Positions 51,728-64,000 of a DNA stretch of 64,000 nucleotides are shown one piece after another. Origin of the DNA: Octopus sinensis (lineage: Eukaryota); NCBI RefSeq assembly GCF_006345805.1, contig NC_043004.1, forward strand, positions 36,332,001 to 36,396,000, written 5' to 3'. A program made the position numbers and the translations under genes. Each line of letters opens with the position of its first letter. The first letter of the stretch is position 1. The notes under the pieces are model-generated. The model was not told where the DNA came from and did not search any database. It saw only the letters and a list, made by a program, of their open reading frames with translations.

Positions 51728-53453
51728 TTACATTGCCAGTTATGAAGTCTCAAAACGCATCACTGAAAATATGAAACCTTTTACAGATGGTGATTCTTTT
51801 AAAGGTAGTGTTGGATATTGTTTGTCCCGAAAATAGTTTTTATTTGAAACTGTCAGCCTGTGCCCGACGACGGTCACACAGTGGGTCGAAGAAATGTCAG
51901 CGGATGTTAAATGAATTAATCAACGCCTACTGTGAATTACAATATTTTTCAATTGCAGTCGATGAGAGTACAGACTTAAGTGACACTGCACAACTTGCTG
52001 TCTTTGTGCGAAGAGTGACTCCAATTTTTCAGATCTTTGAAGAATTTATTCAGTTGATTTCTATGAAGGAAACCGTAACCGAAGCAGACATCTTTGAAGC
52101 TTTGTTGAAAATGATATCAGAAGTGAAGTTTGCTTCTTCGAAACTAATTGGCATCACAGCTAATGGTACTCTAGTAATGGTAGGACAAACTAAAAGGCTT
52201 TGTTACTCTTCTGCAAGAACATATAGAAAACCTTGGAATCACACATAAACATGTTAAAATTCTTTACATTATCCAAGAGACATTGTGTGCCAAGTCTTTG
52301 AAATTTAAGAATGTTATGGATATTGTCGTAAAGGCCATGAATCTGATCCTATCTCGTGGATTAAAACATCGTCAATTTAAACAGTTTTTGCTAGAGGCTG
52401 AGGCAGAATGTGGTGACCTTGCTTATTTTTGCGATGTACACTGGCTTCGCTAAGGATCAATGCAAAGAGGTGACGATATTTCTCGAAAGCAAGCACGTGG
52501 ATAGTTCACATTTTAGACATCCTGATTGGCTTGCAACTTTGGCATTTATTGTGGATATTGTTACTCATTTAGGTAACTTAAATTTACAACTTCAAGGTAA
52601 AAGTCAGCTCGTAAATGAAATGTATAACCATATTGTTGCCCTTGAAAAAAGCTACAGTTGTGGAAACATCAACTTCGAAATATAAATTATACGCATTTTC
52701 CATTATTTCAAGGAATGAAACGACAGGATTCAGAAGTATTTGTGAATATAATCCAGGATTTGAGAAATGAATTTGCATCACGTTTTGCTGACTTTTGTCT
52801 GCATGCAAATCAGTTTAGATCGTTTGTTATATCATTTGATGTGGAGGTGGAGACATTATCAGAATGTTTTCAAATGGAATTGATTTGATATACAGTGTGA
52901 CGACTTTGTTGAGATCTAAATTTCATTCTAAATTTATTTCATTGATTGACTTCTATGCAAAATATATTCTTCCAAGTTGGAAGTATACCAACTTAGTGAA
53001 TAATGCAAAAAAGATAGCATCTTTGTTTGGAAGCACTTATCAGTGTGAGCAATTATTTTCCAAACTGAAACAAACTAAGAACAACTGGAGAACAAGATTA
53101 GCTGATAATAACCTTGATAATATCTTACCCTTAGTATCAACAAGTTTGAAGCCTTGAGGAGCTTTCAAAGAACAAAAAACATCAAGTTCCCCATTAATGT
53201 TTTGGCTTCTATGTATTTTAAAGACATTTTAAAAAAATTATTCCAAAATGTCTCAAATTCAATAAATGATATTTTTCCATTAATACATTCATCTGTGGTT
53301 AATACAAATTATTTTTCAGTATAGTCAACAGTCGTGATTAAATTTTAGCTTGTGTAATTTTCCACAATGATTCTTTTATGCCTCTGTGCGGTCCGCTATC
53401 CGTCATTTAATACTCGATACAGTCCGTGGAGGCAAAGACGTTACCGACTCCTG
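51722..53453 (+). pseudogene. hAT transposase remnant (Charlie/SPIN, GTF2IRD2-like) with 3' TIR
   Basis: YFSIAVDESTDLSDTAQLAVFVR, LNLQLQGK, SLFGSTYQCEQLFS; terminus GTTACCGACTCCTG (reverse complement CAGGAGTCGGTAAC). Confidence 0.9.
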
Positions 53454-55439
53454 AAATACAACAACTATTTATAACTAACGAAAGAAAATATATATCATGG
53501 TCGACTGCCTTATTTGGTTGTAGCAATGAACGAGCTTGTGCATGTGGCAACTGTTTATATGTGTGCCAAAATTTGAAACCAATATTATTATGTGTGTGTG
53601 TGTGTTTGTTTCAGTACGTGTGGAGCGGGTATTCCTGTTGAAATAAGCCAGCAGTATTTTAGCTTTAAGTGTAAGAACTCTACCTAAAATATCACTTATT
53701 GAGGAGTGACAATGAGGAGGATTCTTTCGCTTTGGAATAAAAAAAATTTTTCAACGAACAAAGCAAATATGATTTGAGAAGCGAAGAAAGTGAAGACATA
53801 TTTAGCGTTCGCGATGGTATTGTTGGACGCAGTGGGCAGATGTTTCTTACTTAGTGAAAGAATTCCCAGCCGAAAGATATCAGTTGTTTAAGATTCTGTG
53901 CTTTGCGTCTATAATAGCAGCGCAGCTGCTTCTGGAGCGAAAGACGCCAGTTATAAGAGTTCAACATATTTGGTTGTGAACTTTGGTAAAATATAAACGT
54001 GAGAAGAGCATAGCTTGTAGAACGATTTACGGGGTCTCGCTTGACTTGTATAAAATGATATCTCGTTTGGCAAAGTGGTTAACACCGGAGATTCCGGACG
54101 TTGTTATTGGACAATATCTGTGGCATTTAAACAAAGATCATAGCAACTATTAACACTGCATACCAAATACACAAGACAGATTTAAAAACAAAATACACTT
54201 GAAATGGAATTATTGTTCCAACTTAAACTTGCATGAAAACTGAGTAAAATTCCAACATCTTTAACCTCTTTATTATGTCGCATGTATATATCAAGGGGTT
54301 TTTTAAAAGACATATTCCAAATAGCTGCTGCCTTTAATCATAGGAAACTGGTCATTGGCCTACAATTATTGGAAAGAAGACAAAGGAAGCTATTTATTTG
54401 ATCGAGATAAGTAATCGTCTTAAGGACCGAAGGCAGTGATGTTAGATGTGAGTAACGTGTCGATAAAATCCGTAATGTATGAGTACAGATTTATGCACGA
54501 ATACAACGGTAAATGTTGAGATATCTGGATACTGAAACCAGTCAGAAATATTCTCTAATCGGTCAATTCCGTTTCGCAGGGAAACGATTCAGAAGATTGT
54601 TGTTCTCCAAATACATGCTTTTACTCCCACCACTTCGTTTTCTTGTATTGGTTATATACTGATTTAAAACCTATTAAAGGTCATCAAGCATCTAATAAAG
54701 ATATCGTAAACCTACACTATAATTCAGGGCAGAGATTTATATCCTGTATGTTAATGTTAACCGTGTCTCTACTTTTATTGCATAGAGGCGATTAAAATTG
54801 CTTGTACAGTATGTTTATATGTGTGTATATGTGCGTGTGTATATGTGCGTGTGTATGTGTGTGTGTGTGTATGATTTGAATGCTAACGTATTTGTGTGCA
54901 CGCATATACAAATGAATGAATATATATATATATACATACATAAACACGCTTATATTAACACAATGCACACGTTCTTTTATTCTTAAAATGATATTTAGAT
55001 AAATGTTAATTCATACGTATTACCATTAAATATATATTCAGATGAACAGTCGATACATGATTACAAACTGAAGAGAAAGTGATGTAGTGTGCAATTGGGG
55101 TAAGATTTTAAATCGTAACGTTCACATTCCAAACGAATATTAAAGAAATGAAAATCAGCGAATGGTCTCTCAAATATTATGTAGTGATTTCAAACCGTTT
55201 GGTATATTGGCTGTGTAAACGGTGGTTTTGGAGGCATGCAGCAAACCCATATAGGGAAGGAATGAGTGAGCTAATTTTGTTTATGATTCTAGGTACTTTA
55301 TGGCTCATTTCTGTTGGATATTGTACCAATTTCTCTGGAATGTGAATTAGCGAAGTCCTTTGTATTTAAGGATATAGAGTAACTCATCGTACATAAATAA
55401 TATTGTTACACAGCAGTTCCGGCCTTGCACTAAACAATA

Positions 55440-55655
55440 TTGGTTTCAAAGTTTGGTACCGGCCAGCAATTAGGAGGAAGGCGTAGGTCGATTACATCTT
55501 CCCTAATGTTCAACTTGTAGTTATATAATCGACACCGAAAGGATGAAAGGCAAAGTCGACCTCGGTGGAATTTGAACTCAGAACGTAAGGACAGACGAAA
55601 TGCTGTTGAGCGTTTTTCTCGGCGTGTTAACCATTCTATCCGCTCGACACCTTAA
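55440..55655 (-). mobile_element. SINE-B, B2 tail
   Basis: GAAAGGATGAAAGGCAAAGTCGACCTCGGTGGAATTTGAACTCAGAACG core. Confidence 0.8.
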
Positions 55656-56175
55656 ACTCTGAGCAATATTGTGAGTATAAACTTAGAAGGGTGCAACTTG
55701 GTTTTTTTCTTACCTATTAGCGCTCCCACACACACATATACGGATACGTTGACAAACGAAGGGAAGTGGCACGCTACGCACTTACAATTTGATAGGAGTT
55801 ACATATGTTTTTAACAACAGTTTGATTCAGCCCCATTCAACTTACAGTTTCGTAGGCTTGTAGAACGAGGCATTTAGAGAATATAAGGATATGAGAGAGA
55901 TACTGGAAGCAGCTTCCAGACATACCGGCGGCTGCACTCTACCAATATCCTCTCCGACCAAGTGGGTCTAAGAACAAAGAAAATAATTTATATCACTTTC
56001 AGATCAATAATACCGCGTGACCTGAGGTAACCAATAAAAGGCCTAGTGTTGAAGTAATCTTGAATTTGTCTTATACCCTGTAACTTTCTGGATGCCTGAG
56101 GAGTTGGTTCGTTCGAACAGTGAACGAAGCTTTTAATTGTATGCAGCTGAGTCAAACTCTTATTAAATAATCCAG

Positions 56176-56235
<60 letters not shown>

Positions 56236-56236
56236 A

Positions 56237-56271
<35 letters not shown>

Positions 56272-56438
56272 ATGTATGTATACGAGAGGTATTGGTATCT
56301 AGAAGACTCAATCAGGTAACGCTATGTAAGTGCTAGGGACAGACCGCAGTTAAACTCTTGGTTCCATAATGATACGAGTGAGGAGTCTAATGTGGGTCTT
56401 GTATTAGCATGCATGCATATATATATATATATATGTGT

Positions 56439-56508
<70 letters not shown>

Positions 56509-56577
56509 CATGTATATATATATATATATATATTAGACAGAATGAGATAACAAAGCCAGGACATTTATGATGAAATA

Positions 56578-56625
56578 GTCTTACAGCTGTTTCTGGGATA
56601 TTATGTATATCCTTTCATCAGAGAC
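56578..56625 (-). ncRNA. Minimal type-I hammerhead ribozyme, core intact
   Basis: GTCT-CTGATGA-AAGGATAT ACATA ATATCCCA-GAAA-C AGCT G-TA-AGAC; stem I GTCT/AGAC; palindromic AGCT tetraloop; GUA cleavage triplet. Confidence 0.78.
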
Positions 56626-57020
56626 GGTGTGAGAAAATATTTGAGTTCGAATTATTGTGGAGAAGGAAGAGATAGGGAATATAGAGGGGAAAGAAGAGAA
56701 TGAAAGCAGAAATAAGATATATACAGATATTGTAGTTGCAGTTCCATTATTCGAGGAAATTGCTTTATAGAAACCCTTTCGAACGAGCAACACCGATTCC
56801 ACGGCTCCATACTCTGAAATGACTAAACATGAACTGCTATTGGAACTTACCATGTACAGGAAACTGCTTTATCACTTCTATACACCAATTTCCTCGAATA
56901 ATGGAACTGCAACTACAATATATTTCTATATCTTATTTCTACTTTCATTCTCTTATTTCCCTCTATATTCCCTGTCTCCTCCTTTTCCATAATTATTCGA
57001 ACTCAAATATTTTTCACACC

Positions 57021-57068
57021 GTCTCTGATGAAGGGATATCCATAATATCCCAGGAACAGCTGTAAGAC
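57021..57068 (+). ncRNA. Hammerhead motif, second arm (GAAA>GGAA mutated)
   Basis: GTCT-CTGATGA-AGGGATAT CCATA ATATCCCA-GGAAC AGCT GTA-AGAC. Confidence 0.65.
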
Positions 57069-57128
57069 TATTTCATTATAAATGTCCTGAAAACTCCTCA
57101 CAGCCTTGGCATTGTTATCTCATTCTGT

Positions 57129-57169
<41 letters not shown>

Positions 57170-57177
<8 letters not shown>

Positions 57178-57365
57178 CATGCTGGACCGCTGAAATCTAC
57201 AAGTGTTTTTCATTCTCTCTGTTTATTTTCTCTCATTCCTTTCTGTTGAAGAGCGTAGGCTCGAAACGTAAAATACTTTTTTTTTATTTTCCCGAGCGTC
57301 AAACTAAAACACTTGCTTGTTCATACACATGTCTTCGTCTTTTTGTTTTTATATAAATTCCAACT
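57170..57365 (+). mobile_element. Short Penelope-type terminal element with hammerhead-like motif at 57239-57274
   Basis: TTT-CTGTTGA-A-GAGC GTAG GCTC-GAAA-CG-TA-AAA; homologous to 24712-24895; follows (TA)n. Confidence 0.6.
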
Positions 57366-57698
57366 ATATACATGTGTGAATTTAGTGGCAATTTAGCAAT
57401 TCGTTTTGTCCGGCACTTTATACAGATAGCTGTATCTTTTAAAGTCTTTTCAAGTAGATTAATCTTTCACTAGTTATCACCAGCGTGTTGAAGCCACACA
57501 GTGGTACCCACCATCAAAATATTTTATTTATCTCCAGTGAGGAATGAAACGATGTTTCTGTGTGTAACAAATGACATACTATTAATTGTTTGAAACGATT
57601 TTGATGAGGAATTGAACTGAAGTGCATCCATGCCATTATTTATCAAAATATTATTCTAAAACTTAAGGCGGCGAGCAGACAGAATCGTTGCCACGCCG

Positions 57699-59318
57699 TT
57701 GAGTGTAAGTTATTTTTACAGTTGTAATTTGGTGTCAGTGCTTTTTAACACTTCGTAAATTGTTTTTGCGCTGCTTTGCAGCGGTTTTGCTCGTGGTACT
57801 TTCTCTCCACTTTAAGATGAGTTAGCTAAGATAATGGCAAAAAGTAAATTGCTTTACTCGGACCTTATTGGTACTGAGTTGTCTTCTTCAGAGGAAGAAC
57901 TGATATTGGCGGTAAAAAAAGAATTAGGTAAAAAGAAGAAGTGACAATAGAATAAAGAAAAGAAGTGGACTTATCAAATATTGACAAAGACGGTAAAATG
58001 GCGCACAGAGAGTGGGGGTGACTTTAAGTTGTCACCAGCCCAGAAGATTTTGGAGATGGTAAAAAAAGATCTTGGTGTATAAGGTATACTCGATAAAAGA
58101 TAGAAGATTGGAACTTGAGAAGGAGGAGGAAATTGAAAAGGCTTTATGTTCGGTAATGAGAGAGATAAATATTTAGGAAGAGGAAATTCATACCTGACTA
58201 TTGTTGTCCATTTTAAGACAGAAGGAGTTTCAAGGCAACAGGCAGTGACTACGGCGAGAACAGATAAAGTGCTTCTTCTACCCACTTATCTTGGAAGAAA
58301 GACTTCCAAGATTAGGAGAAAAGGAATCCCGCTAGATATAGATGTGGCTTGGGTTGCAGCAGCGGTCCTCCTGGGAAAAAGGGATGAGGTGGCCGTCATC
58401 CAGAAATAGAAGGAACAACATGGAAAGGCAAGACGCTAGACTTAATAGCTCAAGCGGAAGTGTAAACGCTGGAAGGACTTGTAGGAACGGAGAGACGATT
58501 CTAAGAGTGTGGGTGGAGGGAAGAGTCTTTCGTTGTCTTAAATGTGGCCAGAAGGGCTACATTAGGGCACACTGTACCACACAGAAAAAGAGGAAAAGAA
58601 GCCAGAAAAAATAGAGAAGGAGATATTGGAGGAAGCGCAGGGAAAGGGGGAAGTATGGACAGTAGCTGGGAAAAAGAGAAAGAAAGGACAGAACGAGATG
58701 GAACCCCAAACCACTCCCACCCCACGCACACCCGCTCAGTTCCACCCTCTACTCGCAGACACCAAACCCACCCATTCCCCTCCTTTACAAGTCAAAAAGA
58801 GAAAAGAAAGCAAACAGATGTCACAGAATTTACAAAAGCCCCCCCCTCCCCGTGAGAATTATTATGTTTGTTGGCAGAAGAGGATTTGATTTGTGAGGTT
58901 ATGAGGTGGAAGGTGCCCCAATTCATGACCATGGAGAGATTCATGAACATTATAGGCCTGCAACTGTGTTCCGGTGAAGCCAAAAGGATGTGATATCCAA
59001 ATATAAAAAGGGAGTTAAATATTGGAGGCTGTACGGGGACTTAAAAAAAGTTACCGGACAGTTCGAAGTACAAAGACTTAATAAAGGAACATGGGGTGGA
59101 TATATTAAGGGAAACACCTTATAAATGGTAAAAGGAAGAAATGAGGCTGTTTGGTGGGGCAAGTAGTCCATTTTCATATTCATTTCATTGTTATCATGCA
59201 TGTACATCATGCGTTTTTAATTTTAATTTTTATATTTATTTAATTGTGTTATTTTTGTAAGTCCTCACATGTGTTGTACTAATATCTGTGTATACCCTTT
59301 ATGGGAAATAAAGAAATA
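57699..59318 (+). mobile_element. gag/ORF1-only retroelement (1.62 kb) inserted in a SINE-B head
   Basis: SINE head at 57665-57698 resumes at 59319. TSD AGAATCGTT(GC/AG)C(A/G)CGCC(G/A). Knuckle CLKCGQKGYIRAHC at 58534-58575. Ends AATAAAGAAATA. Confidence 0.8.
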
Positions 59319-59515
59319 AGAATCGTTAGCGCGCCAGGCAAAATGGTTGGTGGCATTTAGACCGTCTTCACCTTCTAAGTTCAAATTTTGCCGAGGTCGA
59401 CGTTGCGTTTCATTCTTTCTTGGTCAATAAAATAACTACGAATCGATCACTGGCGTCGACGTAATCGACCTCTTCGTTCCCTGAAATTGTGGCACTTGTG
59501 CTAAAGTTTGAAAGA
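59319..59515 (+). mobile_element. Remainder of the interrupted SINE-B (B2 tail)
   Basis: AGAATCGTTAGCGCGCCAGGCAAAATG..AAGTTCAAATTTTGCCGAGGTCGAC. Confidence 0.75.
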
Positions 59516-59639
59516 TTGATATTTTTCACTTTAGTATGTCTTAAATATATTTTTCTATTAATTAGATTCGATAATTTTTTGCTTGGAGAAATTGTTAAAG
59601 CGGTGAAACGCGTCACAATTCATTTCTAATTCGTTCTAA

Positions 59640-59845
59640 TATAGGCACAAGGCCTGATTTTTTAAATAGAGGATGAGTCGATTTCATCCACCCCAGTGTT
59701 CAACTGGTACTTATTTTATCGACCTCGAAAGGATGAAAGGTAAAGTCGACTTCGGCGGAATTTGAACTCATAACGTAGCGACGGGCGAAATACTGCTAAG
59801 CACTTCGCCCGGCGTACTAACGATTTTGCTAGCTCTCTGCCTTAA
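59640..59845 (-). mobile_element. SINE-B, B2 tail
   Basis: Core ACTGGTACTTATTTTATCGACCTCGAAAGGATGAAGGTAAAGTCGAC. Confidence 0.8.
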
Positions 59846-60637
59846 CACAATTTATTTCTAATGCCTGTTTGATCAGTCGAAGAATGAAAAGCAAAACTAC
59901 TCCCGCAAGATTAAAACACAGAACGTAGGCAGCTTCAAATGAATGCTTTTAAACATTTAGGCAAAGATTCAGACGGCAAATTATCAATGGTAATAATTGA
60001 ACATTCAATATCTTATCCATAAATATGGTGGGGATTTAAACCCATGAGAATGTTTTTAAAATATTCCAGTCTTTCACCACCATATTCTCTAAAACTATGC
60101 AAACTACGATATTAAACACATCAAAGATTGCTAATATACTGTAATCATAGATTGATTTGTGAATAAGCATCGCATGGCTAAAGCACACTTTAAAACGTCC
60201 TTTTCGCTCGCGCACCAGTGTGCAAAAACTCTATTCGTGAGAATCTAATATTTAAAACCAAATATAAAAATTGAAATTTATGAGATATATCGAGTATTGT
60301 TCACATTCAAAGAAAAAGAAATCTTGAAAATGCTACACTCTCTACATCTAATATTCTTCGTAGTAATGGCGATTTGACGTCCATGTTTAGCATATAGGGT
60401 GTTCAGTTTAGTGGTCATTCCTCTTAATTTTGCATGTAACATAATTTTTAATCTTCGGATTTATAAATATGCTAAGCCACTGGTTTTAATTGATTAACAT
60501 CAATTTCTACCCTTATTATTTAATTTTAGATAGAGAGATACATACATATACACAGACAAACGGGTAGATACATACATAGATACACACAGAAAGGCAGGCA
60601 GGCAGACAGATAGTGTTAGGTAATTATAAATTAAAAT

Positions 60638-61030
60638 CTTATCTTTACTACCCACAAGGGGCTAAACACAGAGAGGACAAACCAAGGACAGACAAATGGA
60701 TTAAGTCGATTATATAGACCCCAGTGCGTAACTGGGACTTATTTAATCGACCCCGAAAGGATGAAAGGCAAAGTTGACCTCGGCGGAATTTGAACTCAGA
60801 ACGTAAAGACGGACGAAATACCTATTTTTTTACTACCCACAAGGGGTTAAACATAGAGCAGACAAACAAGGACAAAGGGATTGAGTCGATTACATCAACC
60901 CCAGTGCGTAACTGGTACTTAATTTATCGACCCCCCAAAGGATGAAAGGCAAAGTCAACCTCGACGGAATTTGAACTCAGAACGCAATTCGGGTGGCGTG
61001 CTAACGTTTTTGCCAGTTCACCGCCTTGGA
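60638..61030 (-). mobile_element. SINE-B dimer
   Basis: Junction AAAAAAATA|GGTATTTCG at 60822/60823; TSD AATTATAAATTAAAAT at 60622-60637 and 61031-61046. Confidence 0.88.
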
Positions 61031-61079
61031 AATTATAAATTAAAATATTAAGTTAAGCAGTTAAACAGTTTTTCATGTT

Positions 61080-61400
61080 GCCCTATAAGGTCAGGATGAA
61101 GTCCATTGCCAAAATAGGGGGAGCTAGGTGTTAATAGCCAAAACTGTGAAACTCTAACAAATGGGCTAGACCTTGGCAAACCTTTATAAGGAGAAATAAT
61201 AGAACACTCAGTTTTTTTGTCAGTGTGTTCTGGAAGCTATGATTATCTGTTCAGTTTATGTACTTTGTGCTTTGTGTTAGGCATTTATGGATTTGTTTAC
61301 CGGAACTTTTGTCGGATTTAAAATAATTTCTGTGTCACATCTGGGTGAGTACAAACACTCTAAGTTATGTTTTAATATTTATGTGAATTTTGAAGCCTGC
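61080..61400 (-). mobile_element. Possible degraded Neptune-type PLE RT fragment
   Basis: Frameshifted KVHKLN..IIIAS..KKLSVLL..KVCQGL..MDF resembles PLE PK.HK..R.IIAS..K.LS. Confidence 0.35.
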
Positions 61401-61984
61401 ATTTGTGGGAGCAGGTTGTGTAGTAATTTTGCTCGCTATTTTCTGTTAAGATAATTGTTAAAATTTGTATAACTAGGTAAAGGGCGTATGAATTTAATTT
61501 TTTCATGTAGCCAATTTTCTGTATTTCCCAACTAACTGTAAATTTTGTCAAATGGTTAGCTGGCATGCTTGTATGAAGCAATTTTGTGTGAATTTAAAGC
61601 AAACTAGATTTTTTGTTTGAAGATTTAATTTCTTTAATTATAATTATTGATGTAGTCTGGCAGCCGTTTTGTGTCATGAAATTTTAGTTTAAATGGTTGC
61701 TTTGACATTAGATTTATTTATGTTTAGGTCCGAGATTTGAAATCCAAGGTTCCAAAACTGAATTTCTACTAAAATGTAAATTCAGATTTTATGAAATCCA
61801 AATTTTTGGAATCCATATTTTTGAAAACTAAATTTGTGAGGTCTGTTTTTGTGTGAGGCCAATTTTGGTGAAACTCAAAACTGGGATTCTGAGTTCGAAT
61901 TTCTGAACTCTATCTATGTTAGCTTTGTAAATATTTTGGCTGCACGTCTGGTGTGGCATTAGCTTTTTTGTTCGTGTATATATT

Positions 61985-62390
61985 TGTTTTGTATGTGGGC
62001 TCTCTTTACTCTTTTACTTGTTTCAGTCATTTGACTACGGCCATGCTGGAGCACCGCCTTTAATCGAGCAACTCGACCCCGGGACTTATTCTTTGTAAGC
62101 CCAGTACTTATTCTATCGGTCTCTTTTTGCCGAACCGCTAAGTGACGGGGACATAAACACACCAGCATCGGTTGTCAAGCAATGCTAGGGGGACAAACAC
62201 AAACATACACGCACACACATATATATACATATATACGACGGGCTTCTTTCCTTCAGCCAAATCCACTCACAAGGCTTTGGTCTTCCCGAGGCTATAGCAG
62301 AAGACACTTGCCCAAGGTGCCACGCAGTGGGACTGAACCCGGAACCATGTGGTTGGTAAACAAGCTACTTACCACATAGCCACTACTGCT
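61985..62390 (-). mobile_element. SINE-A, young-looking copy
   Basis: Full length, high identity to the 9485 copy; GGGTTCAGTCCC B box. Confidence 0.9.
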
Positions 62391-62949
62391 GTTTATTTTT
62401 ATACTGACAATTGTTAATATTTTACGAAAGATTTCGTGGTGTGATGTTTTGGGTTCACCCTATCCTCGTTGATTTTGTAAATTCGGGTTATGGCCACCAG
62501 ATGGTAACGATAGATAGTTAGACATGCATACATATACATGCATGCTCACTTCGGCTCACACAATTATATAATATATACGCATGTTTATACACACACCACT
62601 ACAGTGTCTTTAACTGCTGCCATAACGTATGCGATTAATATAAAGTTTTTGTATAACTCTTTACTTCCCCACTTCCTTTCACCATTCTTCCCTTTATTAC
62701 TTTTGCTGTACACCTCTTACTTCCATCCTTTCTCTAGTTTCTCTCTTATCTCTTCCCTCTTTGCACCTTTTCCAAAGTTATTTTCTTTGGCCAAGTTTAG
62801 ATATTCGAATTACGATCCGCTCCCAAAGTATAAGAATTTTGCGTACGGATCGCAGTTTCCTTGAAGTCGGGTTTTTATTTGATATTTATATAACATTCTA
62901 CGTTATTTACTTGGTGCAAAAAATTATTTTGTGTTTTATTTACTTTGCT

Positions 62950-64000
62950 AGGTAGTCGTTGTAGGATCGACTAGTCACGACTAGCTTGCGCGAGTACGTG
63001 AGTGCGCGCACCAGGACCACTCTTAAGTAGTACCTCGGTTTTCGTCTCTCCTTCGAATTTTATCCGGCAAACTGTTTTTAGCCTGATTTTCTTAATTCCT
63101 GTTCAGATATTTTGAAGGGATTGGAAAAGAAATATCAATAACGTGGCCTTCACTTTTAGAGATAAAATTGTCTGGTATGAAAATAGTTAAAATCTAGAAA
63201 ATTTACAGAATGTTTTCTGCGTTGTTGTTTGATGATGGAGATAAACATCACAACATAAAGACTAAAAGAGACAACTAGGAAAACTGCCACAAGGAAAACT
63301 TTGAAGCGGTCGAAATAAGATAAAACAAAGACTTTAACAGGCTGAGCAGTTTGATTTAAAAATCGAATCGCAACAGAACTGATAAAAAAATATTCAGAGA
63401 ATTGTTTGCCAAATTTTTGAGAGCAACATAACAATCACATTCCGAGATCAAAGACATCCATAGAAATAAAGAAAAGGCTCTTTGAAATGTATGACAGAGG
63501 AAAAGTTTAAAAAATATTATCATTGTAAAGCTATTCTGGAATGTGATTCGAATATGCTTCACTAAGCCTAGAAGACTTATCATATTCCCAATTCACTTGT
63601 AATAGATAAAGAATTATTCCTGTTAGTCAGGTTTTCAACTATGAAATAGTAGCATTATTTATTTAGAAATGCTTTCGCTTGTTGTTGAGGAGAGTTTACA
63701 ATAACTTTTTTCTGTATAGACAGAATCAACAATAGAAAGGAACCAATATACACAGCATGAACATTATCCACAAGCTGCATTAAGAAGCACCGAACAAGCA
63801 CCGTGTCCTTGGCAGATCCAAAGACACCGTCCTGGACTACTACAACAACTTTCGCCTGAACATTTTGTTGGGTTATAAAATGCCAGGCTGTAGAGAAACA
63901 TATACCATTTCAGCTGATCTTTTTCATGCTTATGACCAAGCCGATGAAGTCTACAGACAGTTGCTCACCAAGTCAAGGTTCCCAGCTGGTCTTGAGTGGA
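62950..64000 (+). other. Unassigned degraded ORF-like region, runs off the window
   Basis: CpG-rich leader at 62950-63060, then a stop-ridden coding-like stretch; the last ~210 bp read open (HRVLGRSKDTV..RFPAGLEW). No family recognised. Confidence 0.25.

Larger units (their letters stand above)
56534..57131. mobile_element. Inverted (fold-back) Penelope-type terminal element in (TA)n
   Basis: Arms 56534-~56775 and ~56872-57131 are reverse complements; each carries a hammerhead motif. Confidence 0.85.

Noticed and set aside
53700-54500. Possible degraded LINE endonuclease region
   Set aside because: No motif could be read with confidence.
56090-56150. Hammerhead-like CTGAGGA-GTT..AAC-GAAG
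   Set aside because: GAAA is broken and the stem I/III register is off.

Overview
AT-rich, microsatellite-dense animal DNA with no host protein-coding exon I can support. The SINE families, (TA)n/(CA)n load and LINE mix look like a coleoid cephalopod, probably Octopus (inference from pattern recognition, not a search). The window is a transposon mosaic. It holds several tRNA-derived SINE families, two mariner remnants, a hAT (Charlie/SPIN-like) remnant, CR1/L2-group, RTE and R4-clade LINE fragments, and a near-intact Penelope-like element (RT + GIY-YIG, one frameshift). Three patterns stand out. (1) At least four distinct families carry minimal type-I hammerhead-ribozyme motifs, including a tRNA-head + hammerhead-tail SINE, and several sit as inverted fold-back insertions next to (TA)n. 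(2) Two homologous gag/ORF1-only elements (CCHC knuckle, no RT) both start inside SINE heads. One shares its 3' end with the commonest SINE, which forms dimers at a fixed junction with 16-bp TSDs. (3) There is a ~320-bp near-perfect palindrome and a ~350-bp inverted-repeat pair. Two near-identical tandem duplications are probably assembly artefacts. SINE family letters (A-D) are my working labels, and most boundaries are approximate.
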